In this document: positions 30,101 to 41,143 of the stretch, piece by piece
Position numbering within the stretch: position 1 is the first letter of the stretch
Layout of the letters: each line of letters opens with the position of its first letter
Assembly (NCBI GenBank): GCA_003707115.1
Contig: PPNB01000002.1
Coordinates: forward strand, 558,001-622,000
Origin: Tortispora ganteri
Lineage: Eukaryota
Reading direction: 5' to 3'
Length of the DNA stretch: 64,000 nt
Made by a program: the position numbers and the translations under genes
The notes under the pieces: model-generated
What the model was told of the DNA's origin: nothing
The model's input: only the letters and a program-made list of their open reading frames with translations
The model's database searches: none

Positions 30101-31801
30101 ATGTACAGTACTGTTACTGCACGAGAAGCGTCCTTTCGCAAAGGCGCAAAACCATTAGCCGACGACGGTTCAAGGAGTAAAGTGAGAAAATTCTCTCATT
30201 GGCCTCACCAACAACCTTCAATCGCCAAGCTCGCAAATGCAGGATTCTATTACTCGCCAACGGTTTCTCACCCAGACAACGTCAAGTGCTTTTTCTGCGG
30301 GTTCTCATTGTACAGCTGGGAACCTACTGATGACCCCTTATTACAGCATAACATATACGCTTCAAAGTGTGCCTTTGCTGCATCACAGCTCGGAAACATA
30401 GATGACAAGGAACTCGCGCTCGCTAACAGAATCGAAACTTTCGGCGATAGTTGGCCTCACGATAACAAGCGCGGATGGCTGGCTACTAGTCGTAAAGTGG
30501 CCGAGGCAGGATTTCACTATGTCTCTTTAGTGCCTGAAGATGACAACGCAGTTTGCACCTCGTGCGGCCTGGCGCTCGAAGGGTGGGAACCCAAAGATGA
30601 TCCAATCGAAGAGCACCGTAAGCGTGCCCCAAAGTGTGATATGCTGCCTGAAAATAACATAAAACAGAATTCTCAGCCAAGAAGACGGTCTTCTCGCATA
30701 AAAAGGAAATCTGAAGCACTGTTACAAATTGAATCCGAACAAGAACAAGCGACTGAAACTGAAAAACCAAAGCGTCGACGTACGGCTTCAACAAGAGGTT
30801 GCAGATCAAGTACAGCAGATACCATTAAAACGGCCAAACCAAAGGCAAAAAAATCTACTAATGCAAAGACCGAGCTAGAAAACCAAGAACAGAAAGCGCA
30901 TGAGTTGTCTACTCTAGTAGAACTCCCCTCCCCAGTCAAACAGTCTCCAGTTAAAGAATCTCTGTGCAAAGAGACTCCTGTTAAAGTGTACAGAAAACTA
31001 AATTCTATTACACCAACACCTCCGTCAACAAAATTTGTCACAATTACTAAGACTGATGCGATAGAATTGCCGTCAAAATTGCCATCAGAATTGCCTTCTT
31101 CGCATAGACTATCTGTCGAACCGTCTGAACAATTGGAAGAAGCGTCGCATGTACATGAGACGTCTCCTATAAAGGAAACGATGGAAGAGGAAAATGATAA
31201 CAAAACCGATATTCTCTGTCCTTCCATTCATTATGATGATGTTGAACAAGTCATTGGCCAACATACTCCTAAAGATGACCAGGAAATTTCGATTCAGCCT
31301 GAACATGAGGACTCATTCACCAACGCATCTAAATCTAATGAAGAAGCAGGCATTACAACAGATCAAGAAAATAGCAGTCAGCGAGCTAGATCCAAAGAAT
31401 CGTTGTTAGAAGAAATTCAGCAGGAATTGAGACTCTCTCGAACCACTAAAGAAACCAAATTCACGCCGTCGAAGCCTTCGCCGCTGGGCAAAGGAGCTAT
31501 GCAAATGAGTGACGATGAGCCAGATTTGAAGGAGCTGATACAGACTCCGAGTAGTCGCCAAAAAGAGAACGTAGTATGGGAAGATATTGATCTTGACAGT
31601 GTTTTTGGAAGCAATAATGATTTAGGATTGAAAGAGCTGCATAACATACCGGAAGAGTATTTGGACAAGACGGTGGAGGAATGGCTGGAATTAAATAAGC
31701 AGATGGCATTAAGGAATCTGAGGAGAGAATGCGAAGAAAAGATCAAGATTTTGAAATACCATGGTAATCGGGCTTTAAATACATTGAAATCTTTGCGATA
31801 A
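30101..31801 (+). CDS. BIR1: Survivin-like chromosomal passenger protein, two BIR domains
   Basis: LANAGFYY...DNVKCFFC...WEP.DDP..H...C and AEAGF...D.A.C..C...L.GWEPKDDPIEEH....C; C-terminal TVEEWL...CE.KI survivin helix. Confidence 0.9.
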   Translation: MYSTVTAREASFRKGAKPLADDGSRSKVRKFSHWPHQQPSIAKLANAGFYYSPTVSHPDNVKCFFCGFSLYSWEPTDDPLLQHNIYASKCAFAASQLGNIDDKELALANRIETFGDSWPHDNKRGWLATSRKVAEAGFHYVSLVPEDDNAVCTSCGLALEGWEPKDDPIEEHRKRAPKCDMLPENNIKQNSQPRRRSSRIKRKSEALLQIESEQEQATETEKPKRRRTASTRGCRSSTADTIKTAKPKAKKSTNAKTELENQEQKAHELSTLVELPSPVKQSPVKESLCKETPVKVYRKLNSITPTPPSTKFVTITKTDAIELPSKLPSELPSSHRLSVEPSEQLEEASHVHETSPIKETMEEENDNKTDILCPSIHYDDVEQVIGQHTPKDDQEISIQPEHEDSFTNASKSNEEAGITTDQENSSQRARSKESLLEEIQQELRLSRTTKETKFTPSKPSPLGKGAMQMSDDEPDLKELIQTPSSRQKENVVWEDIDLDSVFGSNNDLGLKELHNIPEEYLDKTVEEWLELNKQMALRNLRRECEEKIKILKYHGNRALNTLKSLR

Positions 31802-31821
31802 CTTTTCTCCCGCAAGAACAT

Positions 31822-32640
31822 TCATGGCAGTCTTCTGCCCATACTTTCGATGAGAAGTATACCGCCAAATACTGGACCTTCGTTGCGTATAGCCTTTGCT
31901 GTTTTCCATGGGATTGGAGCAATAGATGAAGATTGCAATAAAGTAATGATGTGATGTGGTATCTGAGGAAATTCGTGGAATATGGAGCCTGTGAATATTA
32001 TATTTTGCAATAACTTAGCGCGCGAGTCGTAGTTGAGGCTATTAATACATTGTGTTATAGCTGCAACCAAGGAAGAGTCACCCGGCTCGTCTGAAATGGA
32101 ATCGCGAACGAATATAGATTGGACGTGATCGTAAGTGTAATCGGGTATCTTGTGGAGAAGTGAAAGTCCACGATGCACAAGCACTTGGTTTGATTGCATA
32201 ACTCTTAGGTCATAGACAGGTGTAACAGTAGAGATAGACCAGTCTACATGCACTACAAGAGCGTTCCTGGAGCCTGCGGAGATCGCAGCTAGGGACGGGA
32301 GAGGGTATAAAGTGAAAGAGGAAACGTATAATCGAGATTTGAGAACATGGATCAGCACATTTTTGATTGGATCAGTAAGTTCCATTGATTCACATACCAA
32401 TACTTTAATTTTATCAGACGAGAGGTTCAATTTGTATAGAATTGAGCGGATAAGTTGATATATGGCATTGAGTGTATTAGTGCGATCAAAAGCTAAAGGA
32501 GTGTCGTAAATTTGCGTGTAAGTAAACAAAGGTGCCTGTGCGGGGAAAAATAATGTTTCGCAGGATCCAGAAACACCAGCAGACACGCCATTTGATGAAA
32601 TTTGGATCACCAATACGGGTGAATGGCGCTTCGATACCAT
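31822..32640 (-). CDS. Divergent actin-related protein (Arp10/Arp11-like)
   Basis: VLVIQIS...AG.SG, KVLVCES, AAISAG.RNALVVHV.....VTPVYDLR, D.RAKLLQNIIFTG. Confidence 0.65.
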   Translation of the reverse strand: MVSKRHSPVLVIQISSNGVSAGVSGSCETLFFPAQAPLFTYTQIYDTPLAFDRTNTLNAIYQLIRSILYKLNLSSDKIKVLVCESMELTDPIKNVLIHVLKSRLYVSSFTLYPLPSLAAISAGSRNALVVHVDWSISTVTPVYDLRVMQSNQVLVHRGLSLLHKIPDYTYDHVQSIFVRDSISDEPGDSSLVAAITQCINSLNYDSRAKLLQNIIFTGSIFHEFPQIPHHIITLLQSSSIAPIPWKTAKAIRNEGPVFGGILLIESMGRRLP

Positions 32641-33578
32641 TTATATAGGTTTCGCAGATTTAAGGCTTTAAATGAATGGGGAAAAGAGTAGTATTAACGT
32701 GGTGCCTCGTTGGTGAGCAAACTGTCACATAGCAACGAACTGCTTCTCGGCCTCGGCTATCATGTTCGGGGATGACTGCGGAGGACTATTATGAGATCTA
32801 TACACATTAAAGACTAGAAATATGTTGAACATGATACAATAAAATATTATATACATTAATTTAATAGTTTAATAGAAATTCATATAGGAAATAATCGTAC
32901 AGAAATAGACTGGGTCGGAGTTCTGGAGAAATAAAGTTTACCCCGGAATTTTTTAGTCTGTCCACTCATGTGACCCTTTAACTTCTTCCCCCGACCTAAC
33001 GTCTGCCACGTACAACTTTCTGTTTGCAAAGTCGTACGATTAACCCTTTTGCTTACGATCTTTTGTAATTTAAGAGAGATTTTTATTTTGGGTTGCTGCT
33101 ATTTAAAATACAGACAATAGTCTTTACTCATAGTTGTCTCTTGAAATACACGTCAACTCGCGAACGAAGAATAGTGGGGTGTACTTTTATTTTGGTACCC
33201 TTTTTTTTTTTTGAGCATTCCCCCACCCTAAATTTCTTCAGATTGACGAAATTAATAGAATAGTCAAGTATTTAACGGTAAATATCTAAATACAGTTAGA
33301 TCATAATTTCTGGCGTTAAATCATTGCACGCGAATTACACTGTCTGACTGATATACCTTACGGTTCCATTCCCCCCGCCTTTCTTTCCTTGGGCCACTAG
33401 CAGTTAAGAAAAAGAGCACTGTATAGTCAGAAGAAATAGAATAATTTTTTTACTTTTTTTTTTTCTTTGCTCTCTTTCTCTATTTTATTTGGCGTTTCCG
33501 TCTTTTGGTTTCACGACGTTTGCTCATTCGAAACGGAGCTGGCTAAGAGCCTTATTCCAACATCAGCCTGATTCAGAA

Positions 33579-34823
33579 ATGTCTTGGAAAATGACGCCTA
33601 AATTGGCTGAAAGGATTCAGCATTATGCGCGATTCCCACCAACTGGCGTATCTCTACGGCAAATGGTGCAGTTCGGTCAACATCCTTCACCCGGAACACT
33701 TTTCCGTGGTGCACAATTTCTTGGTGAGGAATTACCTATACGGCTCGCTCACAGAGTACAGGAACTTGACCACCTACCGGATGGACTCAGTAATATGCCA
33801 TCTATCCAGAAAGTCAAGAACTGGTATGCGCAGTCATTTGAAGAGATTACATCCATGCCACACCCTAAAATCTCACCCGAAGTGCGCGAGATTCTATACA
33901 GCACAAAGCACAATCTGAGCGAAAACACTCATAATCCGGCGTTGCCCTTGAACGAACAGAAACAAACTACTAAACGGTACCATTACCATTTCGACAGCAA
34001 TACCACTTGGCCGCCAGAAATACATGATTTTAATCAACGATTTACACGAATGCTCATCGGTATAAAACGAAGACACGACGCCGTCGTAACAACGATAGCC
34101 CAGGGAATTAACGAATATAAGCATTCAAGGCAAAGATTGCAGATAGATGACACTATTCAGGCTTTCTTAGACAGATTTTACATGTCTAGAATTGGCATAA
34201 GAATACTTATAGGTCAACATATTGCTCTCAACACCGAAAAACCTCGCGAAAATTACGTCGGAATCATATGTACAAAGACAAACGTTCGGGAACTGGCAAC
34301 TGACGCTATCGATAATGCTCGCTTTATATGCGAGGACCATTATGGGATTTTTGAAGCACCTAAAGTCCAGCTTGTGTGCGACCCAGACCTCACTTTCATG
34401 TACGTCCCCGGACATTTAAGCCACATGCTTTTTGAAATTCTTAAAAACTCTTTGCGCGCTGTTGTCGAAAAGGAAGGCACAACAGCCGATCAATACTCTC
34501 CCGTCAAGCTTATTGTCGCCGCAGGCAAGGAAGATATTACTATCAAAATATCAGACGAAGGCGGAGGTATTCCAAGAAGCGCTATTCCTTACGTTTGGAC
34601 ATATATGTATACTACTGTCGAATCTACGCCCGATCTAGATCCAGACTTCAATAAAAGCGATTTCAAAGCTCCAATGGCTGGATTTGGCTACGGTTTACCT
34701 ATCTCAAGGCTTTATGCCAGATACTTCGGCGGTGACCTCAGACTTATAAGTATGGAGGGCTACGGCACCGACGCCTATCTGCATCTTAACCGTCTCAGCA
34801 GCTCCTCTGAGCCCTTGCCATGA
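33579..34823 (+). CDS. Mitochondrial pyruvate dehydrogenase kinase (PDK/BCKDK family)
   Basis: HYARFPPTGVSLRQMVQFG, ELPIRLAHR, FLDRFYMSRIGIR.LIGQH, FEILKNSLRA, IKISDEGGGI, AGFGYGLPISRLYARYFGGDL; first ATG at 33579. Confidence 0.92.
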   Translation: MSWKMTPKLAERIQHYARFPPTGVSLRQMVQFGQHPSPGTLFRGAQFLGEELPIRLAHRVQELDHLPDGLSNMPSIQKVKNWYAQSFEEITSMPHPKISPEVREILYSTKHNLSENTHNPALPLNEQKQTTKRYHYHFDSNTTWPPEIHDFNQRFTRMLIGIKRRHDAVVTTIAQGINEYKHSRQRLQIDDTIQAFLDRFYMSRIGIRILIGQHIALNTEKPRENYVGIICTKTNVRELATDAIDNARFICEDHYGIFEAPKVQLVCDPDLTFMYVPGHLSHMLFEILKNSLRAVVEKEGTTADQYSPVKLIVAAGKEDITIKISDEGGGIPRSAIPYVWTYMYTTVESTPDLDPDFNKSDFKAPMAGFGYGLPISRLYARYFGGDLRLISMEGYGTDAYLHLNRLSSSSEPLP

Positions 34824-35527
34824 TCCACACTACTCCCTCATACTTTTAATGTTTACGCTACACCTTGCAAACCCTCTACGTAGACTCGTGTTTCCTGTAT
34901 TATAACGGTTAATTTATTTTTAGTGGCTTTGCAAAAGGACCCAGAACGAAGGCCGTTTCCGCGTTAATACACCGTATACAAATATATATATCCTCATATT
35001 CAATATAATGCCGATGTTGGCATGACAACGAACTTTAAAAAATTCCTTAATTGGGTAATTTTCCTAACACAACTTGCCCTTTTTACTGGTTGATTTATCT
35101 ACCTTCACCCTTTCATCTGAACTTCTTTTTCTTTCCTTTAGCTTTTGACTAGATCACTTGTTTTGCGAGTTAAAGCGGAATCTCACACTTGACCTACATC
35201 GAGTACATTGAGCTACGCAAATCGACTACAAAAAGCACAAACTTCACATCTTTAAACCCCATCAGTCGGCGTTCAAAACATCCTCAAACGCTTCAGCCTA
35301 GTTCTTCTCCCTACCCTCCAGCTAGTCTTTCCTTTAACTTGCCTCTTATAACTCCATCGCGTCACCATAATCTTTAATATCATACAGGTTAGCTAAACTA
35401 TTGGATTTTGTATAGTTCTCGCTGTTTGAATCAAACTGAATTCTGCGAATCTTATACCCTTTAATAAATCTCATCTTGACACCCTTGCTTGATCACCAGG
35501 TACAATCTTGTCCTTTTATCTGTAAAA

Positions 35528-37423
35528 ATGGTCGCTGATACTTTACCAGATTTGCCGTTAAAGATTGCTTTCCACGACTTCACTAGAAGAACAGAGGATG
35601 AGCTCACTATTCAAAAGGGCGATCAAATAAAAGTCCTTAAAACAGACGAAGGGTTCAATGACGGCTGGTACCTTGGATTCAACTTAAGAACTCGCGAAAC
35701 TGGCGTATTTCCCTGCGTCTATACTAGTGACGTCCAGCCAACTCCAACTATGAATGCACGTAATGAATACGTTTCTTACTTTGATGACGGTTCAGGTCAA
35801 AAGCGTGGCTCGTTGGGCGATAGGTCAACTTCGAGCCACGCCTCTCCAACCGTAGATCAAGCCCTATCAGATATAGATAAAGCCATATCTGATCTTCAAA
35901 CGACCTCAGAACCTGCCGCCAATTTTGTTAATGAAACTTCACCTTTGGCTTCTTCATCTAACATTCGATCAGAAAGTGTTTATACTTGGACTCCAGAGCA
36001 AGTGTCGGAACATTTTGCTCAAGTCGGTTTTGAACCTGATGTATCACAAGCAATGATAAAACACAAGATTTCTGGAAATATTTTATTGGAGCTAGATCTC
36101 GGTCATTTGAAGGAACTTGAAATCTCAACTTTTGGTACTAGATTTGAAATCAATAAAGAGATAACTCGTTTGCGAAATGTTGAGCTAGCACATTCACAAC
36201 AACAAAAATCCAATTTGTCTCCTTCAAAACCTCTCTCACCCTCATCTGCGACTACAGTCACATCTGTTGTTTCCACTCACCAATCTTCTACCCCACCTCT
36301 CATGGCACCGCCTCAGCCACCCACTCATCTACGAAAGACTCTGTCCACTATAAGGAGAACAGCGGCAATAGATTCTCGTGGTGGCATAATAGGCGACAAT
36401 ACTGCAAACTCAGAAAATAATGGTTTAATGCCTACGTATCCTGAGAATTCCAACCATCGCCGTTTTGATTCTGCGATTTCACAAATAACGGAAGATTCCG
36501 AATACTCTGTTTACAATGGCTCTAGAGATGAAGAGGCGAAACTTGAGCATACATCGGAAACGAGTATGAGCACAGAGCATACTGAAAGTGCTCCCAATAC
36601 GCCGACACTGGAATCCCTTAAACGCAAGAGTGGAGGTGGAAATTCTTTTACCGGTAATGGTAACATGACTTCTAAACTGGTTAATTCAAACGGGTTAAAC
36701 CAAGGAGATGTTACACCTACGGGATCGCCCTATGAACAGTCGTCCGCTGAAGAATCCGTTAATCCAGGCCAGACTCAGGTTCACAGTTTTATTTCCGATG
36801 CTCAAGTTTTAGCCAAGCTGCCCAACCGACCTCATCTCAAAAAGTCTAACTCGAAAAAGAATACATCTGCATTTCTTGAAGGCTTGCAGAATGTTAGCCC
36901 TGATGTGGCTGCTAGTACTGCTGATCACTCTGGATGGCTTTACAAGCGAGCGGGTAAGATTGGTGGATGGAACAAGCGATTTTTCACACTCCATGGGACG
37001 CGACTCTCATATTTTGTTACCATGGAAGACACGCGAGAAAAGGGATTAATTGACGTGAACTCTCATAAAGTTTCTGTGCTGGACACTGATGATGCACTGA
37101 TTGCTTTGCATGCTGCTGGATTGGGACACGGCAGACACTGTTTCAAGCTTACACCTCCAGGACCTGGTGGTCGTAAAGGGGTGACATTCACGGCACCTAA
37201 GACGCATTATTTTGCAGCTGAGAGCCGTGAAGCGATGAAGAAGTGGACCGACGCATTTTTGAAAGCTACTATTGATAAAGACGACTCTGTTCCGGTGATC
37301 TCTACGTGTGTAACTCCTACTATTTCTCTTGCTAAAGCGCAAGAAATTTTTGGGTCTTCTGAGCCTGTTGGAAGTATAGGAGCTGATACTAGAGAAACTT
37401 ATCATGAGAATGAATTTGCTTGA
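35528..37423 (+). CDS. Boi1/Boi2/Pob1-like polarity protein (SH3, SAM, PH)
   Basis: SH3 HDF....DEL.I.KGD...DGWY.G...G.FP.VY; SAM WTPEQV...HKISG.ILLELD..LKEL.I..FG.RF; PH GWLYKR...W.KRFF.L.G.RLSYF; first ATG at 35528. Confidence 0.88.
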   Translation: MVADTLPDLPLKIAFHDFTRRTEDELTIQKGDQIKVLKTDEGFNDGWYLGFNLRTRETGVFPCVYTSDVQPTPTMNARNEYVSYFDDGSGQKRGSLGDRSTSSHASPTVDQALSDIDKAISDLQTTSEPAANFVNETSPLASSSNIRSESVYTWTPEQVSEHFAQVGFEPDVSQAMIKHKISGNILLELDLGHLKELEISTFGTRFEINKEITRLRNVELAHSQQQKSNLSPSKPLSPSSATTVTSVVSTHQSSTPPLMAPPQPPTHLRKTLSTIRRTAAIDSRGGIIGDNTANSENNGLMPTYPENSNHRRFDSAISQITEDSEYSVYNGSRDEEAKLEHTSETSMSTEHTESAPNTPTLESLKRKSGGGNSFTGNGNMTSKLVNSNGLNQGDVTPTGSPYEQSSAEESVNPGQTQVHSFISDAQVLAKLPNRPHLKKSNSKKNTSAFLEGLQNVSPDVAASTADHSGWLYKRAGKIGGWNKRFFTLHGTRLSYFVTMEDTREKGLIDVNSHKVSVLDTDDALIALHAAGLGHGRHCFKLTPPGPGGRKGVTFTAPKTHYFAAESREAMKKWTDAFLKATIDKDDSVPVISTCVTPTISLAKAQEIFGSSEPVGSIGADTRETYHENEFA

Positions 37424-37566
37424 TGATTGGGAAAGCTGAAGTGCGACGTTTATGTATATTACAGAGAAGAAAGAAAGAAAGAAAGAAGAACGAGCGATTG
37501 TTATTAGATTAATTGTTATGGATTTGATTAAGTAATTACTATAAACTAATTTGATTGTCGTGGACA

Positions 37567-39108
37567 TTAGGTGCCGGCTAGGTCACGCAATTGGCGGATC
37601 CGTAGCAGCTTTTCGTAGGTATTATTATCGGTAGGAGTATACTCTATTGCTTCTCTGAAGACGTTCCAGGTACCAGACACAGATACTGCACGGATAAGCA
37701 GTTGCCATTCTTGAGGAGAAATAAAGTGAGAGTCGCGGGTAGAGACGTAAGCGATCCATGCATGACGGATAGTTGAATCGTCTAGTGGAGATATGTAAGC
37801 TTCGCGTAAGACCAAGGTAGCATATTTTCTTCGTAAGGATTGTTCAATTTTGTCGCCAAGGAGGTATTTAAGAATAATAGATTGATTATAAGTGAGAGGG
37901 CGGTCAAATGCGATAGATAGTAGTGTTTGAGTTAGAGAAGCAGTTAAGACGGAGGGCTTGTTATCCAAGAATATTAATTGCAACAGGTCTTTTAGTAGAC
38001 TTTCTCGATCTCCGTCATTAGAGGGGCCAGAAATGATAGTTTTTAGGAGAAAATGCGGGATTGCGTCAGGATAGGCGAAGTGGTAGGACCTTGTTTTATG
38101 GTAGAGAGAGATTAACAAAGGCAGGGACAGTGATTGTGATTTTGAATAAGAGAGAATTCTATCGAAGAGTGCAAGTATTGCATCAGACATAGGGCGGTGA
38201 AATGGATGCGGAGGGATCCTGGAAGGCTCAGTTTTTGCGAAACATATCTCAAAGAGCGAGATTATCTGGTCGATGTCCAACTGTGAGACGAATATGTTAG
38301 CATAGATAGACTGGAGTTCAACGGAGGAAAGGAAAGAATGCTCGTAGAGGAATAATTTATATATGGGGAGAATAAAATGAGCATAATTTTTCTTGCTGAC
38401 AATAGAAATAAGTTCTGCATGGAATGCGAGATTGTCGCTCAGTCTGATGTTCTGGTGGGTAGCGAGAACTGAGGCTCTATATTGCAAAACAGGAAAAATT
38501 TCATTATCTGGCGAGGTGGCAATAAGGACTCGAAGTCCAACCAAAGCGTTAGGAATTGAAACTAATTCAGGATTGTTTGAGAGAGCCCAAACTATGAGAT
38601 CAGTGGCAGTTTGATGCATATGGAGGGAGTATGCCAGACCTATTAGCGCTGAGAAATTAGATCTAGAAAGAAGTGTCGAGCCATCTATACATGACTTTAT
38701 GTGCATATTGACAAGAGAAGTGACCATTTGGAGTCTAAAGTTTAGTGATAACTGATTGTATGGTTGTGTGAGTAATAGATCAGCATTGTCAGGTCTAGTG
38801 ACTGCATTAGAAAGCATTGAGAGCATTGTTCTTTGTAAATTATGGAAATTTCCAACAAGTTTATAAAGTTTTGGATATATATCGTGAACTAGAGCAAGAT
38901 CTCCATCAATTATAGCTTGTCGAAACGTTCGAACATAATCATAGTGTTTCCTATATAGTTTTCTCTTGCGTTTTGCCGAGAATTCAAGATTGACTTCTAT
39001 TACATTTGAAGGTACCTTATTATATTGTGGATTTGGACGATAATAAACTAAAGGTAAATTCGGTTGTATTAGCGCCTTTGAATATCTCCTTAAGTGGTTC
39101 AATGACAT
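37567..39108 (-). CDS. Uncharacterised protein, possibly mitochondrial and alpha-helical
   Basis: About 513-aa ORF from ATG 39108 (MSLNHLRRYSKALIQ, presequence-like); Leu/Ile-rich; no recognised motif. Confidence 0.6.
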   Translation of the reverse strand: MSLNHLRRYSKALIQPNLPLVYYRPNPQYNKVPSNVIEVNLEFSAKRKRKLYRKHYDYVRTFRQAIIDGDLALVHDIYPKLYKLVGNFHNLQRTMLSMLSNAVTRPDNADLLLTQPYNQLSLNFRLQMVTSLVNMHIKSCIDGSTLLSRSNFSALIGLAYSLHMHQTATDLIVWALSNNPELVSIPNALVGLRVLIATSPDNEIFPVLQYRASVLATHQNIRLSDNLAFHAELISIVSKKNYAHFILPIYKLFLYEHSFLSSVELQSIYANIFVSQLDIDQIISLFEICFAKTEPSRIPPHPFHRPMSDAILALFDRILSYSKSQSLSLPLLISLYHKTRSYHFAYPDAIPHFLLKTIISGPSNDGDRESLLKDLLQLIFLDNKPSVLTASLTQTLLSIAFDRPLTYNQSIILKYLLGDKIEQSLRRKYATLVLREAYISPLDDSTIRHAWIAYVSTRDSHFISPQEWQLLIRAVSVSGTWNVFREAIEYTPTDNNTYEKLLRIRQLRDLAGT

Positions 39109-39172
39109 TTGATGATGGTGGGGGGTGGAGGAAGTCAAGGTTTTTCTTATACTTAAACAACGACAAATACTA

Positions 39173-41143
39173 ATGACTACCAAAGAATTGAGCTTGATCG
39201 ATGCCCCTATTGGTCAAGGCAAATTGAATACTTGGCAGAAACGCGGACGAACATTGAAATTTAAATGGCATCCTAGCAGACTTCAAGGATATGCATGGAT
39301 TGACAGTTCTAAGGGGAAACCAGTCAAGTTCTTGAATAACGAATCTTACCTTTATGCAGTAAACATCGAAAAGTTCACTGACAAATATCGTCAATTTGTT
39401 ATAAATGTTCATGAAATTGTCAAAGAAACTTACCAAATTGATGACTACGATGAAATTGATGATGAACTTGTAGATACTTATTTTGATCAACTATTACGAT
39501 CATGCAACTCTACTTACAAAGATCTTCAACATGAAACAGTAGACATCGACGCGTTCACAGAGGCCGTAGTGACTCTTAGAATGCTTGGTGCAAGGTATTT
39601 CTCGAATAATTTTGCTACTTCACTTCTTCAATGGGTAAACAGAACAGTACCGCAACCTACACAGAGAGACTGCAAGGAAGTAACTACTTATTCTCCACCT
39701 ACACGCTATCCAAAGTTTTGGCCCTACATGTACAAGTGCGTTTTACGTGGCAAGTTTCATCTGGCATTAGCTTCAATTCAGATTTCTGATATCGCAAATG
39801 AAGACCCTGCCGCAATCTCAACCCTCGATAGGATCATTGATCTACTGAAAACATGGTCAGAACCTAGCGACTCCGGCATGTTAGACTACGGCTGGCGTGT
39901 AAAAGTAAACGAACTGGCTGAAGACGTCTTAGCAATCCACAATGACACTTCTATACTAAATGTTCAGCTCAGAACACTTATAAAGATCCTCCAAGGCGAT
40001 TTCGATACTATCATTTCGCTTTCAGAAACCTGGTTCGAGGCGTTGGCGGCTTTATTCGTCTTCCATGATCCAACAGTTAGCAGATTGCCGGAATATTTAT
40101 CAAAAATTGAACCATTTCTTCCCGTTAAATCGTTCCAATGGGAGAATGCAGCTTACGATATCCTTCAGGGCAAGATTGCCCGCGCCTTAGCACAATTAGG
40201 CACAATGGATTCGGCTATTGCTGCTGCCGCTGCAGAATTTTGCGACAGAAAGGGCCTTCTAGACGCTTACGTGAGTTTTGTTCCTAATACTCAATCAGAT
40301 ATACGTGGCAGTCTGATCATGCAACATGCTATTGAATGCCTCAACCATCCAATGACTTATTTAACAGGCATATCTTACTTGAAATCAGTCGATCTGCTCG
40401 AAGCTAAAAAGGCAGCTTCTGCTTCTATTATACACATTCCTTTAAACTCATCAGAAGACGCTGCCACCTTGTTGCAAGTATGCGATGATCTCCAGCTAAA
40501 AGATGAAGCAAAATATATAACAGTGATGTGGACTGACAAACTTTACTATAATGAGCAAATAGGAGAATCAATTCTGTTTGCTGCATCCGTTGGACAACTT
40601 GACCGTGTCAGAAATTTAATGTGGAGGGCTTTTGAGCATATGTTGGTAATCGGCGATTCCGTATTCAATAAGGATATCATTCTATCTCAGATCTTTCAAA
40701 GTCCAAGCGCGAGTCCACCACAAATAAGAGAAGCGATTGTCCCGTTAGCAGTATTAAACAAGATTTATGAGGCTAAACATGCGAATGATCATTCAGAGAT
40801 ACTCATCGCTCTAAGGAAGCTGATCACATTCCCTTATATACCCTCACATCTGGTTTTACTACTCCTTTGCGAGTTTATTCCATACATGGGCGAAGAATTC
40901 GCAGATCAGCTCGAATTAAGTTACGTGACAGATATACTCACTACATTAGAACGAGTTAAAACTGAAACCAGTTTGGTGGATATCGCGTTACAAAGCAGAA
41001 ACCGCCGTGAAACTATTGATGAAGCTGCTGATGTTTCTGCTTGGCACAAATTCGTCACTGGTGATACAGCCGAAAGTGTTATAAAGCAATTACGTACACA
41101 GATCAGTCGACAGGTGGCATTATGCTACCTTGAAGGGAGTTGA
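39173..41143 (+). CDS. NUP85: Nucleoporin Nup85
   Basis: LLQWVN...P...FW.Y...VLRG, IL.GD...I...S.TWFEAL.ALF...P pattern; about 656 aa; first ATG at 39173. Confidence 0.75.
   Translation: MTTKELSLIDAPIGQGKLNTWQKRGRTLKFKWHPSRLQGYAWIDSSKGKPVKFLNNESYLYAVNIEKFTDKYRQFVINVHEIVKETYQIDDYDEIDDELVDTYFDQLLRSCNSTYKDLQHETVDIDAFTEAVVTLRMLGARYFSNNFATSLLQWVNRTVPQPTQRDCKEVTTYSPPTRYPKFWPYMYKCVLRGKFHLALASIQISDIANEDPAAISTLDRIIDLLKTWSEPSDSGMLDYGWRVKVNELAEDVLAIHNDTSILNVQLRTLIKILQGDFDTIISLSETWFEALAALFVFHDPTVSRLPEYLSKIEPFLPVKSFQWENAAYDILQGKIARALAQLGTMDSAIAAAAAEFCDRKGLLDAYVSFVPNTQSDIRGSLIMQHAIECLNHPMTYLTGISYLKSVDLLEAKKAASASIIHIPLNSSEDAATLLQVCDDLQLKDEAKYITVMWTDKLYYNEQIGESILFAASVGQLDRVRNLMWRAFEHMLVIGDSVFNKDIILSQIFQSPSASPPQIREAIVPLAVLNKIYEAKHANDHSEILIALRKLITFPYIPSHLVLLLLCEFIPYMGEEFADQLELSYVTDILTTLERVKTETSLVDIALQSRNRRETIDEAADVSAWHKFVTGDTAESVIKQLRTQISRQVALCYLEGS

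Noticed and set aside
39125..39183. Apparent head-to-head overlap of two long ORFs in the track
   Set aside because: Artifact of GTG/TTG starts; first ATGs are 39108 and 39173. The same applies to the UTP6/APC10 overlap.
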